A stretch of 64,000 nt of DNA from Bispira polyomma (taxonomy: Eukaryota). The stretch lies in assembly GCA_965649765.1 (NCBI GenBank), contig OZ287748.1, positions 10,726,001 through 10,790,000 of the forward strand. The letters are read 5' to 3'. The notes under the pieces were generated by a model. It searched no databases. It had not been told where the DNA came from and saw only the letters and a list, made by a program, of their open reading frames with translations. Position numbers and translations under genes: made by a program. Of the stretch, positions 24,556 to 36,852 are shown piece after piece. Each line of letters opens with the position of its first letter. Position 1 is the first letter of the stretch.

Positions 24556-26434
24556 TATAGCACATATATTTAAAATACATAGAAGTTAATTAACTTGCTG
24601 TTTTCTTGGCCTATGGCCTTGCTGTGCAGAATTATTGATAATAATCATTGAATGTAAGCCTGGGACAGGCTAGCATACACTATAATGTATTCTTAAAACA
24701 TAATTTTCTTTTACACATAAATTTTATTAAATCTTTTTTCGATTCTTTTCTATGTATATTGTACTTTATATGATTTTAGTAGTATTTAGAATAAATGATA
24801 ACATCCTCTTCGTTGTTTGGTTTAATGAGGGGCAGGAAATGATAGTTCTTTCAGTTCCAAACTGAGACCTGCTCCTAGCTGATAGGAGTAGATCTTCCTA
24901 TGTTATGGAATTAGGAGTGATTTATGTTAAAAAAAAGTTTACCTGTTTGATTTTGTTTTGAAATGAAATAACACTTGAACCTAAGGCAAGGCTTCTGTGG
25001 TTGAAAAAAAATAGTTGGAAGGTGTGTTTATTTACATCTAGAGTCATGTTCCATCAGGTTTAGTTTCAAGCTCTTTTGTCACCTAATGATGTGTTTGATA
25101 AGTAATATGTTTGTTTACTGCTCATACTGCATCTCAGTTCATATAAACATGTAGTCTTGCTCTTAGTTCAAGGTTGTCAAAAAGCCCAATGCATTTGATA
25201 AACATAACATACTCAAATGTATCTTAAGATCTTTCCAAAATCAGAACCTCCTTGGAAGTACATAGATAGATAAATGTAATTAGATTAATTTATATTATTA
25301 ATGTTTTTCATGCCTCGCAAGCCTTCATTGGCTGGATGTTAACAGTGTATGTTGTTACCTAAAGTTTATTGTATATTCAAATTTATATGATAATATGTGA
25401 GACATAAATAATTATATTCTAATCTATTCTATAGCTGTTGTGAAAAAGGCAATAGGTATATTGTTATTTAGGTGTACATTTAATTAGGGTCCTTTAGTAT
25501 TAACAAAATTGAAGCCTTAGACAAGGCTAATAAACAGGTACTTTAAGGAAAAGACAGCCCCAGCAACAAAAAGCTATTTTCATATATGTGTCATATATTA
25601 GATATGCTAAGGACTTGTCAACATTGTTAAAATGTACTTGTAAACTACATTCGATTGATTGGTGTCACTTAAATAACAGGTGAATTCTTAATATCCTTAT
25701 ATTATTCCTTAGGTTTTTAGCCAAGTCAGGCTTTGATCTGTGTGTGAATGTATATCCCTAGGATTACTTTGTACAAATGCAAAAACTAGCAGTAAATCAT
25801 ATAAAAAGGCTCAATTTATTTCTTATTTCGATGAATCTTATTACACAACTTAAATGCAGTTGTTTTAATTCCTGATTACACCTGACAGAATTGTGAAACA
25901 ACCATTGGAAGACAATTTATGACATTTTATTTAACCTTTCTTTGCTCGTAAAATTCATATCTTTCCCAATACCCTACTATATTAAGGAATGTTCCCATTT
26001 TTGGCATAGACTCTATAAACAAATTAAGTCATCTATTGTTTGAAGGTTTGCATGGATTGTGGAGTATCCAATGTTTTGCATAAATAATTCAAATCAGTGT
26101 ACTTGTTTTAAAAGTGTTGTATATTTAGTTATAAATATTCGGATAGTTTGTCATACTTGTCATTTTTCCATATAGTTTTATGAATGCCATGAATTACTTT
26201 TACATATGAATGTATTATGAATCATTAATAGAAAAGTCGAAATTTTGTGTAGATATAGAATTTTAGAAATACCTCACCCTTACAGATTCGATTTTCTTGA
26301 ATTTAAAAAAGAAGACATTTGAAACAATCCAACTTCAACTTACAATGTCTTTATACCATTTATTTCATTGAGCGTCCTGACACCTCCCATCTACCTCACG
26401 ACAAGAGCTTTCTGGTGATACTAAAACAAACATT

Positions 26435-26545
26435 TTAGGTGAAGTATTCACATAGATACAGGCACATTTCCGCCCGTCATCAGAATGTAAAACGGAAACG
26501 GACGTCAGATGACGGATTCAGAAGCACAGGTATATTCACCCCTTA
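26435..26545. mobile_element. Short decayed member of the TTAA-ended MITE family
   Basis: GAAACGGACGTCAGATGACGGATTCAGAAGCA...TATTCACCCCTTA matches the right end of 11496-11703. Confidence 0.55.
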
Positions 26546-27072
26546 TATGGTCCTTAAACGTTTTTCTCAGTTCACACTCCACCCTTACCTTACAAACCAC
26601 ATTATATATCTGAACTATTGGTCAACTCTATAAGTGGTGAACCCTAGAGGATGCCTGGACATGAATTTCAGTGCTATAAAAATTTGTCAGTACATTACAT
26701 TACATAAATATGTTATTTTAATATTTTGGCATAAATCAACCCTCATTTTGACAACAGTACTCTAAAATCGAAAGTAAAAGTGGGGTTTTCATATATTAAA
26801 ATTTTCTTTCAGCAAGGGCGACATTGTCCAATGTATCATAGCCATCAGTTTATCTCAGACGCAGACTTCCACTGCTGCATATATTGATATGGGGGTCTAA
26901 AAACATGTGTTTAAGTACTGTGCATTAGAATTACATCACATACACAGACACACAAGTTCTCTCCTCTGCGCAGTTTGGATCATGCTGCTGCATTGTTTAT
27001 GTATGTACTGATATATAGTCGAAATCAGTTTATATGTTTTATCAGACTGAGTTGGATATACCAGTAGATATA

Positions 27073-27077
<5 letters not shown>

Positions 27078-27108
<31 letters not shown>
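27078..27108. repeat. (TA)n microsatellite just upstream of the TLR ATG
   Basis: About 15 TA units. Confidence 0.95.
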
Positions 27109-27111
<3 letters not shown>

Positions 27112-27159
27112 TGTGTTTGGGTCGCATTTGTCAGTCTGTAAAGATTATCCTTTATACAA

Positions 27160-29886
27160 ATGGAATTTATAAACTTAATAATATTGGTATTTATCAGTTC
27201 AGCAAATAGTTCAGTGCTTGCCAGAAAACCTGAAATACCAACTGTGATTGATTGGAAAACACAGGATTTCGATGATGGTTTGACCTTAGAACAATTGAAG
27301 CATGTATGTTTTCCAACAAGGGACAGTGAATATGAAAGGAAGGACGTCACATATGTCACTATGTTTGGGAATGAAGTAAAATCATTTCTCAATCACACCA
27401 AAGACTCAAATATCACCAAACTGCACATTTCCATCAAGGGCGCCAATCCAGATGCAAGGGATAAGAATATTATGTATTTGGATTACTTGCAAGGCAGTAA
27501 TATTGAAGAACTGTGGATAGTCCCGAGTGAAAATACTCCACTGGAAGATAGTCAGGTGTATTACTTTAAACTTAGGTTATCATTTATGAAACATTTAAAG
27601 GAAGACTCTACTGATGAAACACCATTGTCTCTTAAAAAGCTATATATACACGTGGCTTTGGATGAACCAGAAGGGTTGGTAAAACTCCTCCAGCAAACCA
27701 AGTACCTTAGTATTCTGAGTCTAGTTGGTACACAAAGCTTGAGTGTCAATTCTGCTTTGAAAAAGATAATGATGGCTTTGACAGACCAGCCTATCTCAAT
27801 CTTGAGACTTAACCAATACCAAGATGAGATTTATGAAGACCACATCAATATGTCACAGCTGTTTACTCCACTTCAGAACTCTACCATACAATGCCTTTCT
27901 CTAAGACAAAATGAACTGAGGTCCATCACCCCAGGTATAACAGTCATATTGCCTAGGTTACGGATTCTTGATCTGAGTTACAACTATTTAGTTAATGCAA
28001 ATAATGTGGCAATGTTGTTGGAACTGCTGACCATGAGTAAATCGATAGAATTGATCAATTTATCGACACAGGGAGACTTCCAGCCAGTGACACATGGTCG
28101 ATATAAACGTCATTCTTCTCAGTGGCTATCAATTCCGGATAGGATAAAAGAATGCTTTAAGATTGTCAACACCAACTTGATTAAAGCTTCTCTAAACAGG
28201 ACGGCATGGTGTCAAACGATACAGTGTCTTAACATGTCCATACTTCACGGTATACCCTGTTCTTCATTTCCTTCAGTGCAGCAGCTCTTTAGAGCGTATG
28301 ATGTAACATGTTACCCGCCGATAAAACTACCTGTTTCTCCCAATCTTAAAGAGCTTTACTTAGATTATATTAGCTCTGTGATAAGTGTAAAATACAATCA
28401 TTTTGAAGAATCGTTGCCAACTTGTATTGCAGAGAATCAGTTGTCAACATTAACTTCAGCTTACAATGCTGTTTCATTCAAGAAGTTATATTTTGATAAG
28501 ATGTTGAAAACATCCAGAGTAAGAGGCATGACAAACTTATTTGTTCTTGATATGAGTTTTGGTAAGTTGAGAATTTCTCCGTATGATAGTGCATTCTTGA
28601 AGAGTGTTACACAAGTAAAAAATCTCTATGTACAGGGAAATTTTCTTGACTTTGAAGAAAAAAATAGCTCAAATACATTACAGCCTAGAAGCAAATCACT
28701 ATGTACCAGAGTTTTTCCTCAGTTGAAAGAGATTGATTTTTCAAACACTAACATCAGTGTCATTCCAAAGGATATTTTTTACAATTGCAGTTATATAACC
28801 CGAATAAATCTGGCACAAAATGATTTGACCGAAATTACATTAGACATAAACAAGACGTCACCTGTAGAATATCTGAATCTGAGTTATAATCAAATTAAGA
28901 TTCTTAACAAAGACATGAGGCAGACTCTTCTGCAATTTGATCATCAACAAGGACTGCTGATAGACCTTTATCAGAATCAAATGGTATGTGATTGTACAGA
29001 AGATGCTTACAAGACTATAGAACTAATTCAACAATCTGAACTGCACAATATAACGTTTTATCAAAGAGATAAATATGAATGTATTTACATGAATCACCCA
29101 AATCAGTTTCTAGTGGAGGTAAACTTGTCAGAACTAAGATCTTACTGTCAGCCAAGCTACTATAAACTCCTTGCTTATATCAGTGTTTCACTATTAATTT
29201 TCCTTTTAATGGTTATTACATTATGGCTTGTACATAAGTACAGGTACCACATCTACACGTGGTACTACAGATGTGGGTATAGTAAATACCGGAATAAACG
29301 AAGTACTACTGCCAATTACAAATACGATGCTTTCATCTCGTATTGTGCAGAAGATCGATTTTGGGTGCATGATGTCTTAATGACGACATTACAAAATAAA
29401 TATGGTTTTAAGCTGGTGATTCACCTGAGAGACTTCCTAGTGGGAGAGCATATTGATGATGAAATTGTCCGCCACATGGCTCTTAGCCGCACCAATGTCA
29501 TTATCATGAGTGATAATTCAGTTAAGAAACAATGGCCTGAGTTTGAACTGAAAAGAGCATACACTGAGTCGCACACTGAGCACAAACCCCTGATTGTAGT
29601 AAAGTTTGGCCGGATTTCTACACCAAAAGAGGAGTTGTCAGGACTTGTACAGCAGATATTAGACAGCAAGGTATACAATGAGTGGCCAGAGTTTTCTGAG
29701 AACAGTGGCAAGACACTGAAAGCAGCATCAGTCGCAAGAAGGCAAGAATTGTTTTGGGAAAAGCTAGCACAAGCTATCTACAGAAACAGTCAGCCACTGT
29801 GGGGATGTGGAAGATGTCAGAACAATATAGAGCCAGGTGATTTCAATGACATGTTGTTAAATGATTTAGATGAAAATGATGACTAA
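27160..29886 (+). CDS. Toll-like receptor (signal peptide, LRRs, LRRCT, TM, TIR), single coding exon, 908 aa
   Basis: LRR motifs LSLRQNEL, LRILDLSYNYL, LKEIDFSNTNISVIP, INLAQNDL and YLNLSYNQI; LRRCT NQMVCDC; TM LLAYISVSLLIFLLMVITLWLV; TIR box1 YDAFISY, box2 RDFLVG, box3 FWEKL; AATAAA at 29945. Confidence 0.97.
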   Translation: MEFINLIILVFISSANSSVLARKPEIPTVIDWKTQDFDDGLTLEQLKHVCFPTRDSEYERKDVTYVTMFGNEVKSFLNHTKDSNITKLHISIKGANPDARDKNIMYLDYLQGSNIEELWIVPSENTPLEDSQVYYFKLRLSFMKHLKEDSTDETPLSLKKLYIHVALDEPEGLVKLLQQTKYLSILSLVGTQSLSVNSALKKIMMALTDQPISILRLNQYQDEIYEDHINMSQLFTPLQNSTIQCLSLRQNELRSITPGITVILPRLRILDLSYNYLVNANNVAMLLELLTMSKSIELINLSTQGDFQPVTHGRYKRHSSQWLSIPDRIKECFKIVNTNLIKASLNRTAWCQTIQCLNMSILHGIPCSSFPSVQQLFRAYDVTCYPPIKLPVSPNLKELYLDYISSVISVKYNHFEESLPTCIAENQLSTLTSAYNAVSFKKLYFDKMLKTSRVRGMTNLFVLDMSFGKLRISPYDSAFLKSVTQVKNLYVQGNFLDFEEKNSSNTLQPRSKSLCTRVFPQLKEIDFSNTNISVIPKDIFYNCSYITRINLAQNDLTEITLDINKTSPVEYLNLSYNQIKILNKDMRQTLLQFDHQQGLLIDLYQNQMVCDCTEDAYKTIELIQQSELHNITFYQRDKYECIYMNHPNQFLVEVNLSELRSYCQPSYYKLLAYISVSLLIFLLMVITLWLVHKYRYHIYTWYYRCGYSKYRNKRSTTANYKYDAFISYCAEDRFWVHDVLMTTLQNKYGFKLVIHLRDFLVGEHIDDEIVRHMALSRTNVIIMSDNSVKKQWPEFELKRAYTESHTEHKPLIVVKFGRISTPKEELSGLVQQILDSKVYNEWPEFSENSGKTLKAASVARRQELFWEKLAQAIYRNSQPLWGCGRCQNNIEPGDFNDMLLNDLDENDD

Positions 29887-32800
29887 TGTTTCATGTTATT
29901 ATCATCAGTTTTTTACGATAAAATTAATGTGAAGACAAAATTATAATAAAATATTTGTTTTTGGCTGCGTACCTATTCGCGTCTAAACCTCTTATGTAAT
30001 GTTTTCATATAGGTGGTGTTTTTTAATTATCTGTTGATGAATTCATTTTTCTAAAGATATGTCTTAATATCAGGTGTTGGTCGCACCTTAAGTGATCTTA
30101 AATGGTTTTAAATGTTTTAATCTTTGTATGATCTTGTTCTACTAAGTGTATTAGTGTGTCAGTCATGTATTATCGTGGTTACCGTATTACCATTTAGCTG
30201 CCGCGGTGTTTAAAACTTGTAGTGGTAGCGTCATCAATATTTTAGATGGCTACCATAATGGCCTGGTTTTATTAAGTATAGTAACAGCATCAACAAACTT
30301 TGTGGTGTAGGGTTAGAATGTTATTATCACACACACACATATATATATATTTTATGTAACATTCTGATGCGAGTATAATATGCATGATAATAATAAAATT
30401 AGATGCTTTGCATCTCTGCCGTAATTTATTGTGTTGCATGACCTGATCTTTTAGACTTATATTTAATCACAGTACTTTCCACTGGACCACTAGAGCTGTT
30501 ACATGTTTAGTGACAAGTGTAGAGTCTATCACCTTTTTTTTTCAAAACATAATAAGACAATAAAGCTTTATGTACTTTCAAATTTACTACTATAACATGG
30601 GAAGGAAATTTTCAGATGATAGGACAATTATTGTTTTTGCAGAAAATTCAAGAAACTATACATTATGATTATCTTTAAATCTAAAGCTAGCACGTAGTAT
30701 ATTTTTGTAGCTATAGATTGTTCTGTATGTGGGTGTACAGCTGAATTATATTTGCACAGTGATTATCTGTTACTTAAATGAAGTCCACCATTATCATATA
30801 TATTGTATTTATCCCAGAAGTTGTTGGTTAGGCAAAGCACAAGTATACATATAAAGTAAGGAATCTAAAAATAGAAAAAGAATAACTGTATTTTAGGTAA
30901 AAAAGGCAAATTAGGTGAAGATAAGATTTGTCTTTTATATCTTTTTACTGATGTTGGTATCAGTGACTTTGAATTTATGGCGTGTTTTAAGGTTTATTTG
31001 AAACATCTTGAATTAGTTTATAACTCTAATTAACACTATACTGATTTCCTGTACTTGAAATTGCACCCATTAGATACAATGCCTATCACTTTAACATTGC
31101 TCAGCACCAGTATCTTTTTACAAAGTCAGACTGCCCTCATATAATGCCTGGGACAAAAGGACTTGAAGAAAATTTACACTTTGCATGATTGAAAAGTTTT
31201 AGACCTCTGAACACTGGGATTACAAACCTTTGGCTTCCAATTGGACTACTCTGGTTGGATCTTGATTGGGATATAGACCACATATTATGCATGGACATTG
31301 AAAAAGGGGCTAATCAGTTAAACATTAACAGTATTTATATAAGCATTTAATGCACAAATTGAGCTTTAATCATCTTCCAGTAAAATTGCACAAAGTTTTA
31401 CTTCATATTCGAATATAACATTGCACATTTATCGGCCAGGTTGACTTTTCATAGTACATGTCTAATTTTAATAGTATATATGGCCTAATACTTAATGGTC
31501 AGGAGGTTGTCTTTTTAATCTGAATCTGTCTTTGTTAAAGTTTTGTAGATACACCACACAATTGTATATAGATGCAAAAGAAAATACTGTATATTCTGAA
31601 TTCAAAAAATATATATGTAGGTGATAACACGTTTTTTTACTTGTGTCAAGTGGATGACCTCTATTCTTTTTGTGTACCGTTAGGTAGACGTAAGGTGGTT
31701 GGTTTCAGCTATAGAAAAATGCATCAAATACAGTTAAGCTTACATTAATAATAGAAGTATTTGATGACCCTTGTGAGATTTCACGAGATTGGTAAAGTTA
31801 GGGACTCTATAGGGATATTTACAAAAAAATTGGACAGTGGATTTGATAGGGTCACGGTTTTGACATTTGCACAAAACATAGATGCAGTTTTTCCGAATAA
31901 TTTCAATTGATCAAATGGCTAGATTTATATTAATACTTTGTATAAATTTTTATTCTTATCACTAAAAAAGCTGGTATTATGTACCTTATGATAGGTTTCA
32001 CTAATTTTAATTCAATTGAAATGGTAATGAATACTTCATCAGTTAGTGATGGACTCTGTATCTAAAATTTTCAGAAATGCCAGTTTTTAGAGTGGAAGTT
32101 ATTAAGTGCTCATATTTCAGTAAGTATAGGATAAGTTGATACAGTTTTTTTTCAGATTATCTATAATTGTGAAGCCAGGTGAATATGCTTTCTGGTACTT
32201 TTCATAAAATAAAAATATGTAAAAGATTAGCTGAGAAAGTTGAAATCACTGACTACTTGAGAAATGTAAATAACTAACAAAATTGTGAGGAAGGCAATTA
32301 ATAAAATGAAATTGTCTGAGAGCTATTTAGCCTACAGGTATAACACATATATGATATTTAAGGCAATATATTCTAGTTCATTTTTTTTAAAATGGAAATT
32401 CATTTCATATTACTAAAATAAAACATTTTGAAATGAAAGTTTGTTCAAACTCAAAAATCAAATCTGTAAGGGTGAGGCATGGCTAAAACCATAAGCTGGA
32501 GGTTTTAAGTACTATAAAAAAATGTTTTTTACAGAATCAAAATCCATGGAGTAGTAACTAAGTCATAATTTTTTTCAGGTATCCCATGTTGCTACAATTT
32601 TGTTAGCCTATACATTTTCGGGAGTATTTTATAATAGTTGTTAACCAAATATGACACCCTTTGTTTCTTACCTTACATTACCTTACAAGACTAACTGAAA
32701 ATTAAATTTAAAAAAAATGGGCATAGGAAGGAATATTTTGACATAGCCTCACATAGGAGTAGTATTTTATTCAAATAACACAAATGGGATTGATAAGTAA

Positions 32801-33048
32801 CTTGACAATTTATTAGTCTAGGCCTTCTTTCAGCATATTCCGATGTCGGCCGATTTGTGTGTGTCCGAGCCGATCTGACGTCGGCCCGCGTAGCGCTTCT
32901 TTTCATCAGATATGTAGTAAATATTTTAATATAATTTTTTTTTCTTAATTTTTGTTTAAAAATAGACAGAGACGTTTTCACAACCAAAAAGTAATGAATA
33001 ATTGAATAGGGGAACATTTTGACATTGTGGTATTATTTCCTAAAAAAA

Positions 33049-33840
33049 AGTGGTGATTCCATATTCAAGTTTGATCGGCAAAATGGGCCCGACTTTGAAA
33101 TTGGGGTGGTCAGGGCGAAAAAGGTGGGTAAATCCCCTTTTTTGGGCAGGAAAATTAAAATATGGGGTGACCTTCCCAATCGGACTGATTGCGCCCCGTT
33201 TTGACAGGACACTGACAATGATCAAACTTGAGGTTCATACTAAAACTTCCTCATCCTCCCCGACACAGGTTAGGATCAAACTTACTTGCGGCGTATCACC
33301 CCAGGATCGAACGTATCGGCAATACAATCTGACAAATTCATAACCCAGATCATCAAGATTGAACTTACAAAAAAATCAAAGTCGGGACATTTAAAATTGC
33401 TTTAAAATAGCGTTATTGGGTATAATTACCAAGACTTGTTTCAAAATATATGTAAGTGCAATTTTATTATACATTTGCTATAATCTTACAATTTTACTCT
33501 ATTATCGTTCCATTTGAAGTCTGTTCTAATCAATGTCCACGGGTGTATGTTTTTCTGACAGCCCTGTCTGCCCTGTTTTGGTCACCCGATCTATACCTTT
33601 TGACGGGCTAGTGTTAGGACAGGCCTGGAGTGAGATAAGACCTATCAGACAGAACGTATCACCAATAGCCGAAGCCGACCTATACATTTTTAGAGGTCCA
33701 GGACGCAAGTCGGGGGACTTTTTCAAATTATCAAACATGTTTGATATCCTTGCCGACCTACCAAACCATCCTGTTTTCGCCCCCGACCTATAGGAACTCG
33801 GGAAGGTCGGGAACCAAAGCGACAATGTGGAACCACCATT
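33049..33840. mobile_element. Probable non-autonomous DNA transposon (Harbinger-like) with degenerate TIRs
   Basis: Left TGGTGATTCCATATT versus right AATGTGGAACCACCATT followed by TAA; GC-richer interior with CCCCGAC/GTCGGG subrepeats. Confidence 0.45.
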
Positions 33841-34261
33841 TAAGCTGTAGCATCTTCAGAAGTATCAATGCACTTGGTTGTTGGTCAATAAACTTATTAC
33901 TGCATAAATTATTTTGCTTACTTGTACATCAGATGGATCATTATCAAATCCTGCTTTTTTGCAAAACAAAAATTGTCACTGCATGAAATAGAAAAGGTGT
34001 TCCCTCAAAGTTGTCCTACATCAATAAAGATTGAAATATATCCAAATAAATATAAAATTAAAATAGTAATTTTTTATTCCATAAAACACCACCTTAATTT
34101 TCTTTAATTACAAATGCAAATTGTTGGTATTTGTGACAAAAATAAGCAGAAGTACTGAAATAAATTGCAATCAAAATAATGTATTTCTTAAGATTATATT
34201 ATCTTTTACTTAAATATTGTGTAAAAAATAAACAGAGCAACATCAAAATATAATTAATCCA

Positions 34262-35310
34262 TCAGTTGTCTCCACCTTCTTCATTTACTTCCTGACTCGA
34301 CTCAGATTGATCTGTTAAGTTAGACATTTCAAATATAGCATGATTTTCTCCACTGCTCTCTTCTGTGTGGCTTTCAATTCCTGTGGGTTCTTGCCTCTCA
34401 TCAGCGGTGACCGTTCTGTTTAAAGTATCCATATTTGTGGAAGCACCAACAAGCTCCTGGATAGGAGGCAAGGTAGGATTCGAGAAGATCTGTTGAAAGA
34501 TGGATGGATAAGATTCCTGAGTTGGACTTCCCACAGGCGAAGCAACAGATTCGTGCTCTGGACTACCATAACGAATCGGTGGAGAAGCTGTATGAAGCAT
34601 AGGGTTGTTGGGTAGGGAAGAGCTGCCAGGTGGAATGTCAAAGAAAACAGGCCTGTTTTCGCTGCTGGTGAGATGTGTTTTGTCAATGGCAGAGGTGATG
34701 TTTTGTACTCCGGAACTACCTGTTTGCAGGCTCCTACAGAGGTTACAGGGATTGGAGTTGTATCGGTTATACGTTGGCTGACCAAAAGACATCTGATTTG
34801 GATTTACCCTATCAAGACTTAGTGTTTTAAAAGATTTTAGATTTCCTCCTTTGTTTGAGAATGGTAGAATACCTACAGATTTATTGTGTAACACAGACAT
34901 AGCCTTATTGAGAGCTTCTGGCAATTTTTCCTCATCTCTTATGGGGATGTGTTTATTATGGGAAGTGGAAAATGCCTGGACTACATTATTTGACAAATCA
35001 ATGATAACAAAAGAGCCTCTGGTTTGCAATGACATCACCTCTGTTCTGTGATCTGCTGAAGCTCTGTCAGTAATAGAGCTAGAAATTCTAGGGATTGCTA
35101 TGGCACTACTCATCGTCAGGATTTGGTCTTCTGTTTCTGGCTCTATATTGTCCATAACATCATAGAATTCATCCACCACCATAGGATTAGTACTGCGGGC
35201 CGTCTTCTGTGCCCATGGTATGAAGAACATTATCAAAGCCCCAATGATGACGGGTATCCCCGCAACGTGAAAACTTGCATTGTAGGATCCTGTGACATCA
35301 TAAATCCATC
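34262..35310 (-). CDS. SLC16 transporter exon 4 (TM12 and long C-terminal tail)
   Basis: Acceptor tattttccAG; G-WIYDVTGSYNASFHVAG is the typical SLC16 TM11-12 loop; stop ends at 34262. Confidence 0.92.
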
Positions 35311-35966
35311 CTGGAAAATAATCATATTTAACCCTCATCAGTACACCTGTGTATCCATGCAAACCCAAAACCCATAATTGTTGTCACTCCTTGTGTTTGG
35401 CTTTAGACATAATTACTAGGAAAATAGATGATCTATTATGTAAACTATTTTTGGTGAAAACATAAAAAAACCTGGAAGTAATCGGAGTGCTGGGTATGTT
35501 GGAATAAGACCATACACATTCATGAAATGTCTAGATATGGACATTCTCTGCGTTATAAAGACTCTCCCAAAAAATAAATGTTTAAATATCATGTTTGGTC
35601 ATGTTTCCTTATAATTGCAAGTGGGGCCAGCAAGGCCACATCTGTTGTAAAGTTTTGTATGTCTACTGATGATTAATTAATACATTGTGTTAGTAGTAAA
35701 TTGATAAAATTATTAACTTTTTAATAAGTTTTAATTTCAGGTAGAGCCATCACATCAAGTGAATCTGTCTTATATTTAGAAATATATCCTTCAAAGCTTA
35801 CCAGGTAATAGAAGTGCTCTGAAAAGCACTTGAATGAAACTGCTTGAACAACTTTTTCTTCATATTAACCAGTAAATATATTTTGAAACTTTGAGCTTCA
35901 ATATGTAGGAATATGAAATGAGTTTTGAATGAACTAAAGTTACAACAATAAGTATAATCTCACTAC

Positions 35967-36336
35967 CTGCCACCGGTGGTCCAAGTGTAAATGACACAGA
36001 ACAAATGCCAGTCAGAAACCCCCAGGCCATCACCTTTCTGTCTCCTCCAGCAAATGCTTCTGTTAGTGTTGGGAGTAGAACCACATAGCAACCATCCAGG
36101 AGGCCAGCAACAATAACGTAGGCCAGAAGGCCATAGATGGAACGCGTCAGTGGGAGGAGCATCATGAATGTTCCAGAGATGACCAAGGAGAGCTGATCCA
36201 TACGGAGCCGATCCAGGTATCCTTTGTCAATGATTTTACCAAAACCCACGCGCCCTATGGCTGTACATCCGCCAAGTATCAGCATTAAGATTGATCCAAT
36301 TGTTGCGGAGATTCCAAACTCTTCTGCTAGTGAAAT
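35967..36336 (-). CDS. SLC16 transporter exon 3 (TM8-TM11)
   Basis: Acceptor atttcgtAG; ISLAEEFGIS...IGRVGFGKIID...GLLDGC...LGPPVAG; donor G|GTAGTG, phase 1. Confidence 0.93.
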
Positions 36337-36852
36337 CTACGAAATATTGTTGTAATAGTTGTAGTGTAATAAATTTCATTTAATTATAAGGTATTAATTA
36401 ATGTCCATGTTATTAATGATTTATGAAAATTCAATACAAACTGAAATACTGGTGTGTTAAAATACTGTTTAAAATTTTAATCAGTATAAGTTAGTATGAC
36501 ACACAGATTAGTTCATACACAAACTAGAAACAGAGTAAACCATAACATAACCACATGACATATTGAGTTTGATAGAAAATATTTTGAATTCCTGCAATCG
36601 ATTCAAAACAGATGTTGTATTTGAAAGATTATTAAACTGAAGTCACAACTGTAATTCAAAAAATGAAACCAAGGTAGTACCCCTAATACATATTTTTAGA
36701 TTTATAAAGTCACAATAAATATCTGTACTCTGACTATTACTTTCTGCTATTTAATCCAAATTTAGTTTGACACAAATGTGCCCAACTATCAGACACAGAT
36801 AATGACAATACGCCGACAGTAACTGACATGTGACTGAAAAGGCTATACCTAC

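Larger units (their letters stand above)
24835..29978 (+). repeat. Segmental duplication copy B (intact TLR unit)
   Basis: Colinear with 18680-22995. Confidence 0.9.

Noticed and set aside
22038-29711. Minus-strand ORFs overlapping the TIR regions (22038-22433, 29421-29711) and 27042-27392
   Set aside because: Antisense to the TLR coding sequence; their mutual similarity is explained by the duplication
32691-34107. Cluster of short overlapping ORFs
   Set aside because: They arise from a GC-richer transposon-like segment; no recognisable protein motifs
35311-35368. N-terminus MGLHGY... of the 368-aa ORF as a standalone gene
   Set aside because: Intronic read-through upstream of the acceptor at 35311; the rest is SLC16 exon 4
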